Shown here: positions 51,750 through 62,119 of the stretch, piece by piece
How the letters are laid out: every line of letters begins with the position of its first letter
Position numbering within the stretch: position 1 is the first letter of the stretch
Position numbers and translations under genes: made by a program
Notes under the pieces: model-generated
Seen by the model: the letters and a program-made list of their open reading frames with translations, nothing else
What the model was told of the DNA's origin: nothing
The model's database searches: none
Assembly: GCA_003233345.1 (NCBI GenBank)
Contig: QILK01000244.1
Coordinates: 5,977-69,976 of the forward strand
From: Gammaproteobacteria bacterium
GTDB lineage: Bacteria > Pseudomonadota > Gammaproteobacteria > SZUA-21
Direction: 5' to 3'
DNA: 64,000 nucleotides

Positions 51750-51783
51750 CTTGCAAAGGAATACACTTATAGTATGTGCAACT

Positions 51784-51943
51784 ACTAGTAGCCCGGACTT
51801 CGCGTAGCGAACGCCGGGAAAAAAATGATCTTAATTTCAATCAAAAACCTGCAACCCTTCTGCCAGAGCATATCGGGTACATCTGGCTTTGCAGTTGTTA
51901 TAATGTTCGTTTCCCGGCGTTCGCTGCGCGAAGTACGGGCTAC
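51784..51943. mobile_element. MITE-like palindromic element (160 bp), same TIR family, different core
   Basis: The TIRs match the 44823 and 59232 copies. It fills the divergent intergenic region between ygiQ and the SirB2-like gene. Confidence 0.65.
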
Positions 51944-51982
51944 ATATTGGCAACCATAAATGACATTATAAGGGCAAATTGT

Positions 51983-52351
51983 ATGGTCAAAATTATACAC
52001 ATCGTTACTGCAATATTGTCGATAAGCGGATTTATATTGCGTGGTGTTTGGATGATACGCGGGTCCAGATTATTAAAAAATATCTGGGTTCGGGTTTTAC
52101 CTCATGTTAACGATACGTTATTGCTGGTAACAGCGGTTATGTTGGCGGTAACGTCTGGATCATATCCCCTTCAGCAGGGCTGGTTAACAGCAAAAGTCAG
52201 TGCATTATTGTTATATATTTTTCTGGGGATTATGGCTTTTCGATCCAGGTCAGAGAAAAAACGGAAAGTTATATTGTGGCTAGCCGCCATTCTGGTCTTT
52301 TTCTATATCGTTGCCGTTGCCAGAAGTAGAAACTGGCTGGTTTTTATATAA
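51983..52351 (+). CDS. SirB2-family inner-membrane protein
   Basis: 122-aa, 4-TM protein (MVKIIHIVTAILSISGFILRG...). The ORF-track start at 51776 lies inside the MITE and translates the repeat. Confidence 0.6.
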   Translation: MVKIIHIVTAILSISGFILRGVWMIRGSRLLKNIWVRVLPHVNDTLLLVTAVMLAVTSGSYPLQQGWLTAKVSALLLYIFLGIMAFRSRSEKKRKVILWLAAILVFFYIVAVARSRNWLVFI

Positions 52352-52364
52352 GGAAGTAGTCAGG

Positions 52365-52871
52365 CTAGGCTTTGCGCATCCAGCCGACAGCGACCCTGGG
52401 CTGTAATATAGAATAGGCATTGTTGTTATATTCTAGCGAAAATATTTGTCGTGGTTTTCCGAATATATTTTGCTGGATAATTTCTACCTGGCCATCACTG
52501 ACTGAAGTGACTATGCCTAAATGACCATATTGAGAGTCATGAAATACCAGGATATCATCACGGGCCGGGCGCATAGGGCCATGATTATTGAATTGAATAA
52601 GACCACGCGCCGGGTTCAGGGTATTGTCAGCTAGGTTTGCATCAAAGAAGTCCCGGGCGTGACCCCAGATATTGGGCATTTCGTGTGACTTGGCAAGTCG
52701 ATAAAAGCGTTTTATATATTCTACACACTGCCATTTTTGGCCATAGTAATAGCCATCATCGGCATAGTGCTTTCCCTGGCTGTGATGAAAATGAAAGCCA
52801 TTTTCAAAAGCAGGTACCTGCTTGTAGCTATCAATTTGTGAACCAATGTTTGCGCTGTCCCAAATTAACAT
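52365..52871 (-). CDS. Cytoplasmic CHAP-domain (Gsp-amidase-like cysteine peptidase/amidase) protein
   Basis: Candidate catalytic Cys in WQCVEYIKRF and His in SQYGHLGIVTSV. No signal peptide. The start is 3 nt after the upstream gene's stop. Confidence 0.55.
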   Translation of the reverse strand: MLIWDSANIGSQIDSYKQVPAFENGFHFHHSQGKHYADDGYYYGQKWQCVEYIKRFYRLAKSHEMPNIWGHARDFFDANLADNTLNPARGLIQFNNHGPMRPARDDILVFHDSQYGHLGIVTSVSDGQVEIIQQNIFGKPRQIFSLEYNNNAYSILQPRVAVGWMRKA

Positions 52872-52874
52872 AGG

Positions 52875-54047
52875 CTAACCACCTATCCACTGGCGAATAC
52901 GCGAAGACAGGGATTGAATATCAGTGCCATTACAGATTTCGACTTGTAGGTCGGCTGCGCGTTGCCGGTCAAATCGATTTAATTCACCGTAACTGACTAA
53001 CATTGCTTGACCATGGAGTCCGCCTAACAGATCTTTTAGCGTATCGAGCTTGTAAATGGCTTCGGCTCCTGAACCTGACTGGCCGTTCGAGCGTCCGAAG
53101 TGCTTGGTTTTGCATTCAATGATATAAAGTTTATTGTTTGCAAGAAACGCGACATCAATTTCGTTACGGACAACAGGGTTACCCGTTCCGCGAGTGATTT
53201 CCACACTGCGGCCGACATCCTGTATCATCGGGACTTGCTTGCGCAATGTATTTATCACGGCATAGACATGTTCTTCAAGCCAGCCACCGTTTACATAAAA
53301 ACGTTCATCTTCACCTGCGAACACAATTCTGCCATTTTCTATTGATAAAAACCGGTTGTTCTCGAACTTCGATAAAAGATAATCAAATTCTGGATTACCA
53401 CGCAGATGCCGATCTTGTAACGGTGGTGAAACCAGACGTTCGGCCTGGTGCGCATACCAGTTCAGAGCTCTAAGTGGCCCCTGTAATTGGCTTACTTTGT
53501 TAACCAGATCGACAGTGGTTTTTTGGTGGCTAGCATCGATGCTATCGGTTTTGATTGCTTCCAGCTTAGCGCCGTGGGCTGACAGGAATGCACGTAGCTT
53601 GATTTTGTCGGCGATTGCATGCGCTGCCTGGTTTTCTGGATTAATCCAGGCTATTTCGTCTTTTTCCGGGTGAACATAGAATATCGGCTTGTTCTCGGCA
53701 CGAAAAACGTCATAGGCGGCAATCGATAACAGCTTATTTCCGCCAGAAAGATTTAGTATTAAATTTTTATCTTCGTATTTTGCCAGCAGGTCGATTAACT
53801 GATTGCGGATGGCTTCAATATTCCACGGATCATTAAGGTCGAGAAACTCTACTTTGACACCGGTGGGCTTTATCGTTGTTGCAAGATGGCGGGCAGTTTG
53901 CCGCGATTGTTGATGCTGTACCAAGACGATCTTGTCCGGCCTAAATTGAGGATCGAGTACCGGTGTTATATTGGCAGCTGGACGGTCGGAAACCAGAGAG
54001 ACAATAATATCTGCTTTTAAATGGGTAGTGTTTTTTGCTGGTGACAC
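52875..54047 (-). CDS. Card1/Can1-like CARF-domain + PD-(D/E)xK nuclease (candidate cyclic-oligoadenylate-activated effector)
   Basis: The N-terminal Rossmann-like domain ends strand 4 with NLSGGNK, matching the CARF motif [DN]x[ST]xxx[RK]. The C-terminus carries a restriction-endonuclease motif: GGWLEEHV helix Glu, D298 (EIDVAFL), E311-C-K313 (IIECKTK). Length is 390 aa. Confidence 0.5.
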   Translation of the reverse strand: MSPAKNTTHLKADIIVSLVSDRPAANITPVLDPQFRPDKIVLVQHQQSRQTARHLATTIKPTGVKVEFLDLNDPWNIEAIRNQLIDLLAKYEDKNLILNLSGGNKLLSIAAYDVFRAENKPIFYVHPEKDEIAWINPENQAAHAIADKIKLRAFLSAHGAKLEAIKTDSIDASHQKTTVDLVNKVSQLQGPLRALNWYAHQAERLVSPPLQDRHLRGNPEFDYLLSKFENNRFLSIENGRIVFAGEDERFYVNGGWLEEHVYAVINTLRKQVPMIQDVGRSVEITRGTGNPVVRNEIDVAFLANNKLYIIECKTKHFGRSNGQSGSGAEAIYKLDTLKDLLGGLHGQAMLVSYGELNRFDRQRAADLQVEICNGTDIQSLSSRIRQWIGG

Positions 54048-54206
54048 GGTGATTGTTGGTTTTATGTATTACTATAACCGCTATTATTAACAGCCATTAG
54101 ATTACGTCAAAAACGCCGCAATTAGTAGTAATATCGACTATAAAGATATCTGTTCCGGCTCATCTATCATCCTGGCATTGTCCGGAACAGCGGGTAACAA
54201 AACCGG

Positions 54207-54542
54207 CTAGCTACAGCCTTTTGGTCGCGGCAATCCAGCGATTTTGTTTGCGCATTTGATTAAACCGGTTGGGAATAGCGAATAAATGTATTTTTGGCTG
54301 CTCCTGTCCGCGCCAAATTTTTTTTTCATCATTTTTGAGAATACTCTTGGCTCTGCCACAACGCCATATTCATTAAAGTGTTCTCTCGCCATTGTAATGA
54401 TATCCCAGTGTTCCGGTGATAATTCGGGTACCTGTTCATTGACGGCAATTTTTGCTGCCAGATCTTCCGACCATTCTTCTAAATTTTCCAGCCAACCAGC
54501 CTCGCTGAGCTGAATTGTCTGGCCATTGACTTCTGTCTGCAT
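54207..54542 (-). CDS. tusE: TusE/DsrC-family sulfurtransferase
   Basis: 111 aa with a C-terminal ...PKGCS tail carrying the conserved Cys, and DsrC-like core motifs. Confidence 0.7.
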   Translation of the reverse strand: MQTEVNGQTIQLSEAGWLENLEEWSEDLAAKIAVNEQVPELSPEHWDIITMAREHFNEYGVVAEPRVFSKMMKKKFGADRSSQKYIYSLFPTGLIKCANKIAGLPRPKGCS

Positions 54543-54721
54543 TCGGGTTTACTCCTAAGATCAAAATACCTGAGTAATTTTATCAGGTATGAACATCAAA
54601 TGCTATCGTGCTTTTGCTGTTTTTTATACTCTCACCATCATTGTCACAATACTATCAAGGTTTAGCAGGACCGAATTAATATTCGCTTTAACCGCCTATT
54701 TTGCGGTTTGCGGAAAATCGG

Positions 54722-56350
54722 TCAGTCCGTGGGTTTTGACAGTAATTTTTCAAACGTCTTAATCATTAATTGTGCTCGATGTGACCAGTCGTATTGACGC
54801 TTTGCGATACCTGCAAGCTTTGTTGATAGGGTGTCTGATAAATAACGATCGAGTAGCGCGATGATATTGCTTGTGATCGACGGAATTCTTTGAGCCGGGT
54901 CAGCGGAAATTTTAAAATAATTAACGAGTTCCGGGTCCAGGTACTGATCAAGTTCATCAATGCCATCCTTGAAACCACTAAAATAACTGGCCACTGGTGC
55001 GACACCATTGGCCAATGCTTCCATTAAGACCAATCCGTAGGCTTCTGGTACAACCGAGGGAAAAATAGCGATGTCCGCGCATGGGAATAGATAGGATAAC
55101 GGGCGATGGTCCATGCGCCCCAGAAACAGGCAGTGTTGATCGAGTGTGCGGCCGTGTGCAAACATTTTATCGATATTGCCATCGACCTGAAGATAAGAAA
55201 GCACATCTTTCCAGGGACCACTTTCGTGGCTGCGGTCGAGGTCAAATCCTTGCTCAGCCAGTGCCAGTAATAGCGCGTTGTCAGCGGATGTGATCGCATA
55301 GACAAGTGCTTCCAGTGTTTCTCTATAGGCCCCGGAACCAACGATGAGTAATTGGCTATTTGCATGCTTGGCTAATATTGCCGGTAAGGAAACGATTAGT
55401 GATTGCAGTCCTTTGCCTGCTGTTAGCGCACCAACAAATAATAGTATTGGCCCCGTTAAGTCAATGCGGCCAATTTTTTCGACGATATCCATATCCATCG
55501 CATTTTCATTATATTCATCAAACATTTGAGTGACCGACTGAAGCTGGCCGGATTCCAGCTTGTGGTAAAGTTTTTGCAGTTGATCGGGAGACTTTCCACG
55601 GTTGAGTTTAATGACCCCGGAATTCAAAAAGTCGGCTATTTTGCTTTTTCGATCAGCCTTATTAACAGGATGAAATAGGCTGGTATCAACGCCGATACCG
55701 ACGATGCTGGTTTTTGCAATAATGTCTGTTTTGATATCGGCGAACAATTCAATAATTCTATTTCGAACCTCATGGTTGCCAGTGATGATTTGGTCGCAAG
55801 CGATCAGCGCGTCACGGGCCTTGTCATAGTACCTTGAATCTTTCTTAACCGTATACTCGATAGCGCTGCCGTGAAGAAAAATAACTAACGGTACCTTATG
55901 TTGGTGGCAGGGCATTAACGCCATATAAGGTTGCATGACAATATGGTTGGCAAAGACGATATCAGGCGCAATAACATCTAATATTTCATTCAAGACCCGT
56001 TCATTTATAGCGATAAATTTATCGAGCTCGGTATCGCTTAGTTCGACAAAACTCTTAACATGCCCGGGCCTTTGTTTGTCGGTTAGGTAAACCGGATATA
56101 TCTCACCGGCTGGAATATAGTGAAGCAGACATTGATCTGCGTAGGCTTTGTTAATGACCGTGACCGTGCAGTCAGCTTCTTTGTCCCAAACCCAGTATTC
56201 GCCTATATAGCCAATATTTTCCGGGTTGGATTCGCGGCAAATAATATGGACTCGATGACCCAGGTTCAAAAAAGAACGCGCGAGGTAACGGTTATACTCA
56301 TTGCTTCCAGAGCCCGTTAGTTCATAGCCATGGTAAAGTACGATATCCAT
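54722..56350 (-). CDS. Glycosyltransferase family 4 (GT-B) with N-terminal extension
   Basis: 542 aa with the EX7E motif (EAYGLVLMEALANG) near the C-terminus. Confidence 0.7.
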   Translation of the reverse strand: MDIVLYHGYELTGSGSNEYNRYLARSFLNLGHRVHIICRESNPENIGYIGEYWVWDKEADCTVTVINKAYADQCLLHYIPAGEIYPVYLTDKQRPGHVKSFVELSDTELDKFIAINERVLNEILDVIAPDIVFANHIVMQPYMALMPCHQHKVPLVIFLHGSAIEYTVKKDSRYYDKARDALIACDQIITGNHEVRNRIIELFADIKTDIIAKTSIVGIGVDTSLFHPVNKADRKSKIADFLNSGVIKLNRGKSPDQLQKLYHKLESGQLQSVTQMFDEYNENAMDMDIVEKIGRIDLTGPILLFVGALTAGKGLQSLIVSLPAILAKHANSQLLIVGSGAYRETLEALVYAITSADNALLLALAEQGFDLDRSHESGPWKDVLSYLQVDGNIDKMFAHGRTLDQHCLFLGRMDHRPLSYLFPCADIAIFPSVVPEAYGLVLMEALANGVAPVASYFSGFKDGIDELDQYLDPELVNYFKISADPAQRIPSITSNIIALLDRYLSDTLSTKLAGIAKRQYDWSHRAQLMIKTFEKLLSKPTD

Positions 56351-56445
56351 TTATCTTGTCTGAGTCGCCAGTGTTGTGCGGGGAAATAATACCAGGGTCG
56401 CTTATATCATAGGTGCTATTGCCTATTTTGCTATAAGTAAATATT

Positions 56446-56784
<339 letters not shown>

Positions 56785-57121
56785 CTAATCAATGCTCCCA
56801 ACCAAACAAAGAAGGGTTTTCTAATATTAAAAAGATCAATATTCTCTGAATATCATATTTTACTAACGGTGCAAGAGATTATACTGGCTTGATGTCTGTG
56901 CGGCTAGGTCTTTATTGTTAATGGAAAAAATGAACCCACGGATGGCCAGTGTACAAATATTCATCTGTTTATCAGGGTCAACAAAAACTATCTTGGGCAC
57001 ATAATAAAGGATCTATTAGTGTCTATACTTCAGGGTTAAGCGGGGTTAAGTGCGCTGGTGCAGCGCGTATGCGACTGTTCGCGGTATTACAATACCGACT
57101 ATAGTTTAGCTTCCGAAATAG

Positions 57122-59173
57122 GTGACGAAAAAAATGAAAATGATATCAATACTGGTTTATACGCTGGTCGCTTTATTATCGCCATTTTCGATCTCATATT
57201 CAGCAGATCAGCCAGGAAAAAAAGTTATTCTTGTGCTCGATGCATCGGGAAGTATGTGGGGAAAATTAAAGGGCAAAGCAAAAATAGTGATTGCCAGGAG
57301 TGTGGTCAAGGAACTATTGAATACCTGGGATAACAATACAGAGCTTGGCTTAATTGCCTACGGACATAGGGTAAAAGGTAGTTGCAAAGATATAGAAACA
57401 TTAATTCCAGTGTCGAAAGTCAACGTAAAGAATTTTATGAAAATCTTGAATGCCGTGAGTCCAAAAGGAAAGACCCCGATTGGAGCTGCGGTACTTAAAG
57501 CGGCTGAAACCCTAAAATATACCGAAGAAAGTGCCACGGTCATTTTGGTCAGTGATGGTATTGATACTTGCGGAATGGATCTGTGTAAACTTGCGAGCAA
57601 GCTAAAGAAAAGTGGCGTAGACTTTAAAACGCATGTTATCGGATTTGATATCCGCACACGAAGTGCTGTCAAACAGTTGCAGTGCCTAGCGAAGAAGACG
57701 GGTGGCAATTATTTTGCGGCTAAAGATGCTGCCGGTTTAAAAACGGCGATGGCGACAACAGTCAAGCTAGTGGCAAAGGCTAAGCCTATCGTTGTTAAAG
57801 CTAAACCCAAACCCAAACCCAAAGCTCAACCCGATCTGGGACCGGGTTTATTGTTATCTGCGGTAATCACCAAAGGGGCAACAGCGATCGAAAAAAATGT
57901 CCATTATAATGTTTATGAGCCGCAAAAAGATATTCATGGCAAACGTAAGCGAATCAGTCAGCATCGTTATAAAGGTAGGAAAACGGTTATAAAATTAGCG
58001 CCAGGTAAGGTTGTTGTTGTCGCTCATTATGGCATCAATTCAATCGTTGAAGCAGAACTGGAAGTGAAGGACAAGCAACTCACCGAATATATTTTTGATA
58101 TGAATGTCGGCAGTCTGGCGTTGTCGGCAACGGCGGCCAAGGATTCAAAACTAATCGATAAGAATGTACACTTTAGTATTTATCTGCCGGAAAAAGACTT
58201 GAACGGAAAGCGCAAGCTGGTTAGTCAGCAACGATATAAGGGCAATAAAACCCTGGTGATACTAAAGGCGGGCAAATATCATCTGCAAGCGCACTATGGG
58301 GTTAATTCGATCGTTGAGGCGGATATCGAAATTAAAGCCAAGCAGTTAGTGGATCATACCTTCAATATGAATGTCGGGACGATGGCTTTATCGGCGACCG
58401 CAGACAAAGACAGCAAGCTGCTAGATAAGAATGTGCACTACTCTATTTATCACCCGGAGAAGGATTTACACGGTAAGCGTAAGCTCATTAATCAACAGCG
58501 TTATAAAGGTAACAAAACCCTGGTGACACTAAAGGCGGGTAAATATCATGTCGTTGCTAACTACGGTGTCAATGCGATTGCAGAGTCAGAAGTAGAGATC
58601 AAAGCCAATCAGCTGGTTGAGAATTCGTTTAATATGGATGTGGGCAATATTGCTTTGTCCGCTGCGCAAGCACCGGGGGCAGGATTAATCGAGAAAAATC
58701 TACATTTCTATATCTATGATCCCAATAAAGACCTGCATGGAAAAAGAAAATTGGTTAGCCAGCAGCGTTATAAAGGTAACAAAACCGTGGTTACCTTAAA
58801 ATCAGGTAAATACTATTTGCGTGCAAACTATGGTATCAATGGCTTGGCGGAAAAGCAGATAGAAATCAAGCCCAATCAATTGGTCGAACAGTCCTTTGAT
58901 ATGAATACCGGCGCGGTTGCCTTTTCCGGCGTTGAAAAGGAGGGTGGGGTGGCAATCGCAAAAAACATGCATTACTATATCTATCTCCCTGACAAGGATA
59001 TTCACGGCAAGCGAAAACTGGTCAATCAGCAACGTTATAAGGGCAATAAGACAGTTGTGGTTCTAAAGGCAGGGAAATATCATATCCAAGTGCAATATGC
59101 CGATAAGAAAGTTGAAAAAGAAATTGAGATAAAGGCAAATGCTTTACAGGAAATAGTTTTTGTTATGAAATAA
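57122..59173 (+). CDS. Secreted VWA-domain protein with five C-terminal tandem ~88-aa repeats
   Basis: Signal peptide and vWA MIDAS motif (VLDASGSM). A Lys/Pro linker is followed by 5 repeats (KNVHYxIYxPxKDLHGKRKLVSQQRYKGNKTxVxLKAGKY...). Confidence 0.75.
   Translation: MTKKMKMISILVYTLVALLSPFSISYSADQPGKKVILVLDASGSMWGKLKGKAKIVIARSVVKELLNTWDNNTELGLIAYGHRVKGSCKDIETLIPVSKVNVKNFMKILNAVSPKGKTPIGAAVLKAAETLKYTEESATVILVSDGIDTCGMDLCKLASKLKKSGVDFKTHVIGFDIRTRSAVKQLQCLAKKTGGNYFAAKDAAGLKTAMATTVKLVAKAKPIVVKAKPKPKPKAQPDLGPGLLLSAVITKGATAIEKNVHYNVYEPQKDIHGKRKRISQHRYKGRKTVIKLAPGKVVVVAHYGINSIVEAELEVKDKQLTEYIFDMNVGSLALSATAAKDSKLIDKNVHFSIYLPEKDLNGKRKLVSQQRYKGNKTLVILKAGKYHLQAHYGVNSIVEADIEIKAKQLVDHTFNMNVGTMALSATADKDSKLLDKNVHYSIYHPEKDLHGKRKLINQQRYKGNKTLVTLKAGKYHVVANYGVNAIAESEVEIKANQLVENSFNMDVGNIALSAAQAPGAGLIEKNLHFYIYDPNKDLHGKRKLVSQQRYKGNKTVVTLKSGKYYLRANYGINGLAEKQIEIKPNQLVEQSFDMNTGAVAFSGVEKEGGVAIAKNMHYYIYLPDKDIHGKRKLVNQQRYKGNKTVVVLKAGKYHIQVQYADKKVEKEIEIKANALQEIVFVMK
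57848..59170 (+). repeat. 5 x 264-nt tandem coding repeats inside the VWA gene
   Basis: The repeats are visibly similar at the nucleotide as well as the amino-acid level. Confidence 0.7.
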
Positions 59174-59231
59174 AATCCGATCAGGACTAGTGCTCCGCCC
59201 AATTAATTTTTCACGCAAAGTGCCTATATCC

Positions 59232-59378
59232 GTAGCCCGGACTTCGCGCAGCGAATGCCGGGGAAAAAGGAGCAGGGTTCAAAATTCAGTTAAAACAGGC
59301 GTATGCGCAAGGTAGTTGGTAGCAGAGAAAAACAGAATGTTCGTTCTCCCGGCGTTCGCTTCGCGAAGTCCGGGCGAC
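59232..59378. mobile_element. MITE-like palindromic element (147 bp), inverted relative to the 44823 copy
   Basis: It has the same TIRs. The core GCGTATGCGCAAGGTAGTTGGTAG is the reverse complement of the 44823 copy's core. Confidence 0.65.
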
Positions 59379-59477
59379 TGGTACAATTGACTAAGTGAAA
59401 AAATTAATTGGGCTGACGACAAACCAGACTGCGATAAGTGTTGTGTCAGTCAAGTCTGCCATGAACAGGACAGTAGT

Positions 59478-60431
59478 TTGCAAGAGTTTATACAAACCTA
59501 TTTTATAACGCCGTTTATAAATCGTTTTGCACCTGAGGAAAAGCTCAACTGGATATTTTTGCTGTTAACCGTTGTTATTGCGGCCATTATATATTTGTTT
59601 CAGTTTCGCAAGCAAAATAGCTATTCGTTGATACAGCTAAAAGACTTTATTTTTCCAGCAAGAATATATAAAAATCAATCAAGCAGAACCGATGTTTATT
59701 ATTTTATCGTAGATACCTTGCTTCGATTTCTAATTATTACACCTTTTATAGTCTATGGTGTGCAGGTTGGTGACCAACTGACTAAAGCTTTAAATGCTGT
59801 CTTTGGAGAATTTGCGAACCCTGTCTTTCCCAGCGAGCTAGTGGTTATATATTTAACTTTTTTCTTTGTTGTCGCTTATGATTTGTCTTTCTATCTTGCC
59901 CATCGTTTGCTGCATAAAATTGGTTTTTTATGGGAATTTCATAAAGTTCATCATTCTGCGGAAGTGCTTAATCCCTTGACATTATTCCGGGAACATCCAG
60001 TTGATCAACTTGTTAATGGTGCTTTTGCCGGCATTGCGACCGGACTGGTCTTGGGGCTGTTTGATTATTTTACAGCAACCCCGGTTAGATTCTCAGGCGC
60101 TGTTTGGATAACCGGGTTTTTATTTATCGTTGCTGGTGGACATTTTAGGCATATGGAAATATGGATATCGTACGGCAAGTACTTCAATCTGTTGTTTATA
60201 AGCCCGGCGCATCATCAAATACATCACAGTTGCGATCAAAAACATAAAGATAAAAATTTTGGTGGAATTTTTTCCTTTTGGGATGGCTTATTTTGCTCGC
60301 TTTATATGCCCGTAAAACCAGAAAAATTGGTTATGGGTCTCACCAATGATGAACATAAGAACTACCATAATGTTTGCTTGTTATATTGCTTGCCGTTTGC
60401 CAATTTGTATAGGAAAATATTCAAAAGCTGA
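59478..60431 (+). CDS. Fatty acid hydroxylase / sterol desaturase family membrane protein
   Basis: Histidine boxes HRLLH, HKVHH and HHQIHH. Polytopic. Confidence 0.7.
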   Translation: MQEFIQTYFITPFINRFAPEEKLNWIFLLLTVVIAAIIYLFQFRKQNSYSLIQLKDFIFPARIYKNQSSRTDVYYFIVDTLLRFLIITPFIVYGVQVGDQLTKALNAVFGEFANPVFPSELVVIYLTFFFVVAYDLSFYLAHRLLHKIGFLWEFHKVHHSAEVLNPLTLFREHPVDQLVNGAFAGIATGLVLGLFDYFTATPVRFSGAVWITGFLFIVAGGHFRHMEIWISYGKYFNLLFISPAHHQIHHSCDQKHKDKNFGGIFSFWDGLFCSLYMPVKPEKLVMGLTNDEHKNYHNVCLLYCLPFANLYRKIFKS

Positions 60432-60446
60432 ATTTTTTGGGCAAAG

Positions 60447-60893
60447 GTGATGAAGACTAAACCGAGCAAAGCTGTAATCTATGCGGTAATTTACCTGGTC
60501 AGTTCTATTTTGTTGTTGAATATAACTTACTACGTTTATTATCCTGAAATAGTCAGTGAGTCACGACCCAGCAATATTGATATCTTGCCAACCGAATTGG
60601 AAATACTGGTTCTACTTCACCCTTATACCCTGACTTACATTGGTAGCAAAGCTATTTTTTGTTATATCGGACTGTATCTATTTGTAGGTTTTTTTTCCAA
60701 CAAGCGTAGTGCGGTGACCATTGTATTTTTAACGGTATTGGGGACACTGATAGATTTTTTATGGCATTATTTTCTATTTGTAGGTGAGAACAGTCTGTTT
60801 AACGTTTCCTATTACTTGGCTAATTTTGGTTTACCCTATTTGCTGGTTATTATGTACTTCTTTTTTAGCTTCAGTATGCGTCAGTCAGATTAA
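60447..60893 (+). CDS. Hypothetical membrane protein
   Basis: 148 aa, 4 TM helices. Confidence 0.4.
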   Translation: MMKTKPSKAVIYAVIYLVSSILLLNITYYVYYPEIVSESRPSNIDILPTELEILVLLHPYTLTYIGSKAIFCYIGLYLFVGFFSNKRSAVTIVFLTVLGTLIDFLWHYFLFVGENSLFNVSYYLANFGLPYLLVIMYFFFSFSMRQSD

Positions 60894-60969
60894 ATAATTG
60901 AAATTCATATATCGATTCAATAAGCGCGGTGGATGAATTTTGTGGGGAGCGTTCAGTATCAGGCCGTTA

Positions 60970-61800
60970 CTATTTGGACTGTTTGTCATTTAAAATAATG
61001 CGCTTCAATGTATTTTTCAATAATCCTGGGTGAAAAGGTTTGGTGATATAATCTTCAGCGCCAAGATCAAGGCATTGTTGTATCACCTCCTCGTTATCGA
61101 TTGAGGAAATCATGACGATATAGAGGTCATTAAACGGCGGATACTCACGGATTTGCTTTAATGTTTCGATACCGTCGATGTTAGGCATCATAATATCGAG
61201 AAATAATAAATCAATTGGTTTTACTTTTAAGCGCTGGATTCCATCTTGGCTATTGCTCGCATAATCGGATCGAAACCCAAGCTTTTTTAAGCGCATCGAT
61301 AAAATCTCGTAATTTAAATCATTGTCGTCAATGATAAGGATGTTGTAGTTGTCATTTTTGGTCATTTCTCCGCTATTCGACCAGTCAAACTGTTTTTTGT
61401 CCTTTAGGCATTGCCATACTCTTGAGTTGATTTTTTTGAAGTCATAGGGTTTTAACAGGTAATCGGCCGCACCATAATCCAGGCAGGTAAGAACGGCATC
61501 TCTGTCCTTAATGCCGGTAACGACAAGTACCGGAATATGTTCGGTCACTGGATTCGATTTAACGCGCATCAGAAATTCAAATCCATCCATGCCCGGCATG
61601 TTCAGATCTAGCAATATACAGTCAAATTTTTGTATATCCATAATGCTAAAAGCTTCTTCTGCCGAACCTGCCGCACACGTGTGGTAGCTTTCTTTGCTTA
61701 GTCGATGGGTCAGGAGTTCCCGGTTTGAGAGGTTGTCGTCTATGACCAGAATGGAGACAGGGCTGTTTGCTGGCGTATTTTCAAGAGAGTTAATTTTCAT
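60970..61800 (-). CDS. Response regulator with two receiver domains and no output domain
   Basis: DCILLDLNMPGMDG and LLFLDIMMPNIDG. Confidence 0.8.
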   Translation of the reverse strand: MKINSLENTPANSPVSILVIDDNLSNRELLTHRLSKESYHTCAAGSAEEAFSIMDIQKFDCILLDLNMPGMDGFEFLMRVKSNPVTEHIPVLVVTGIKDRDAVLTCLDYGAADYLLKPYDFKKINSRVWQCLKDKKQFDWSNSGEMTKNDNYNILIIDDNDLNYEILSMRLKKLGFRSDYASNSQDGIQRLKVKPIDLLFLDIMMPNIDGIETLKQIREYPPFNDLYIVMISSIDNEEVIQQCLDLGAEDYITKPFHPGLLKNTLKRIILNDKQSK

Positions 61801-62119
61801 TGGAATAATTTGTCACTCAGTCTAGATTGTTATGTAAATTTTATCGGCGAATTTACCAAATGCTAGAGTGCGTGAGTTCAAAAATTAGAATGATTATTGC
61901 ATAGTTTCATACAGTTAAAGTTTTACGGTTGTACTACATTAATTTCACTAGCTATTTTTTATTGACCCCGATCATGATGGTAAAGGTTCGCGTTGCATAT
62001 CGTTAAAACGATTAGGGTTAATTAATGAAAACGCTAGTGTTGAGTGCCCATTGCTCGATAATCAGTATGGTTTTTAGGTTAACGCTATCGCAAGAAAACG
62101 ATCAATAAGGAAAGCAGGG

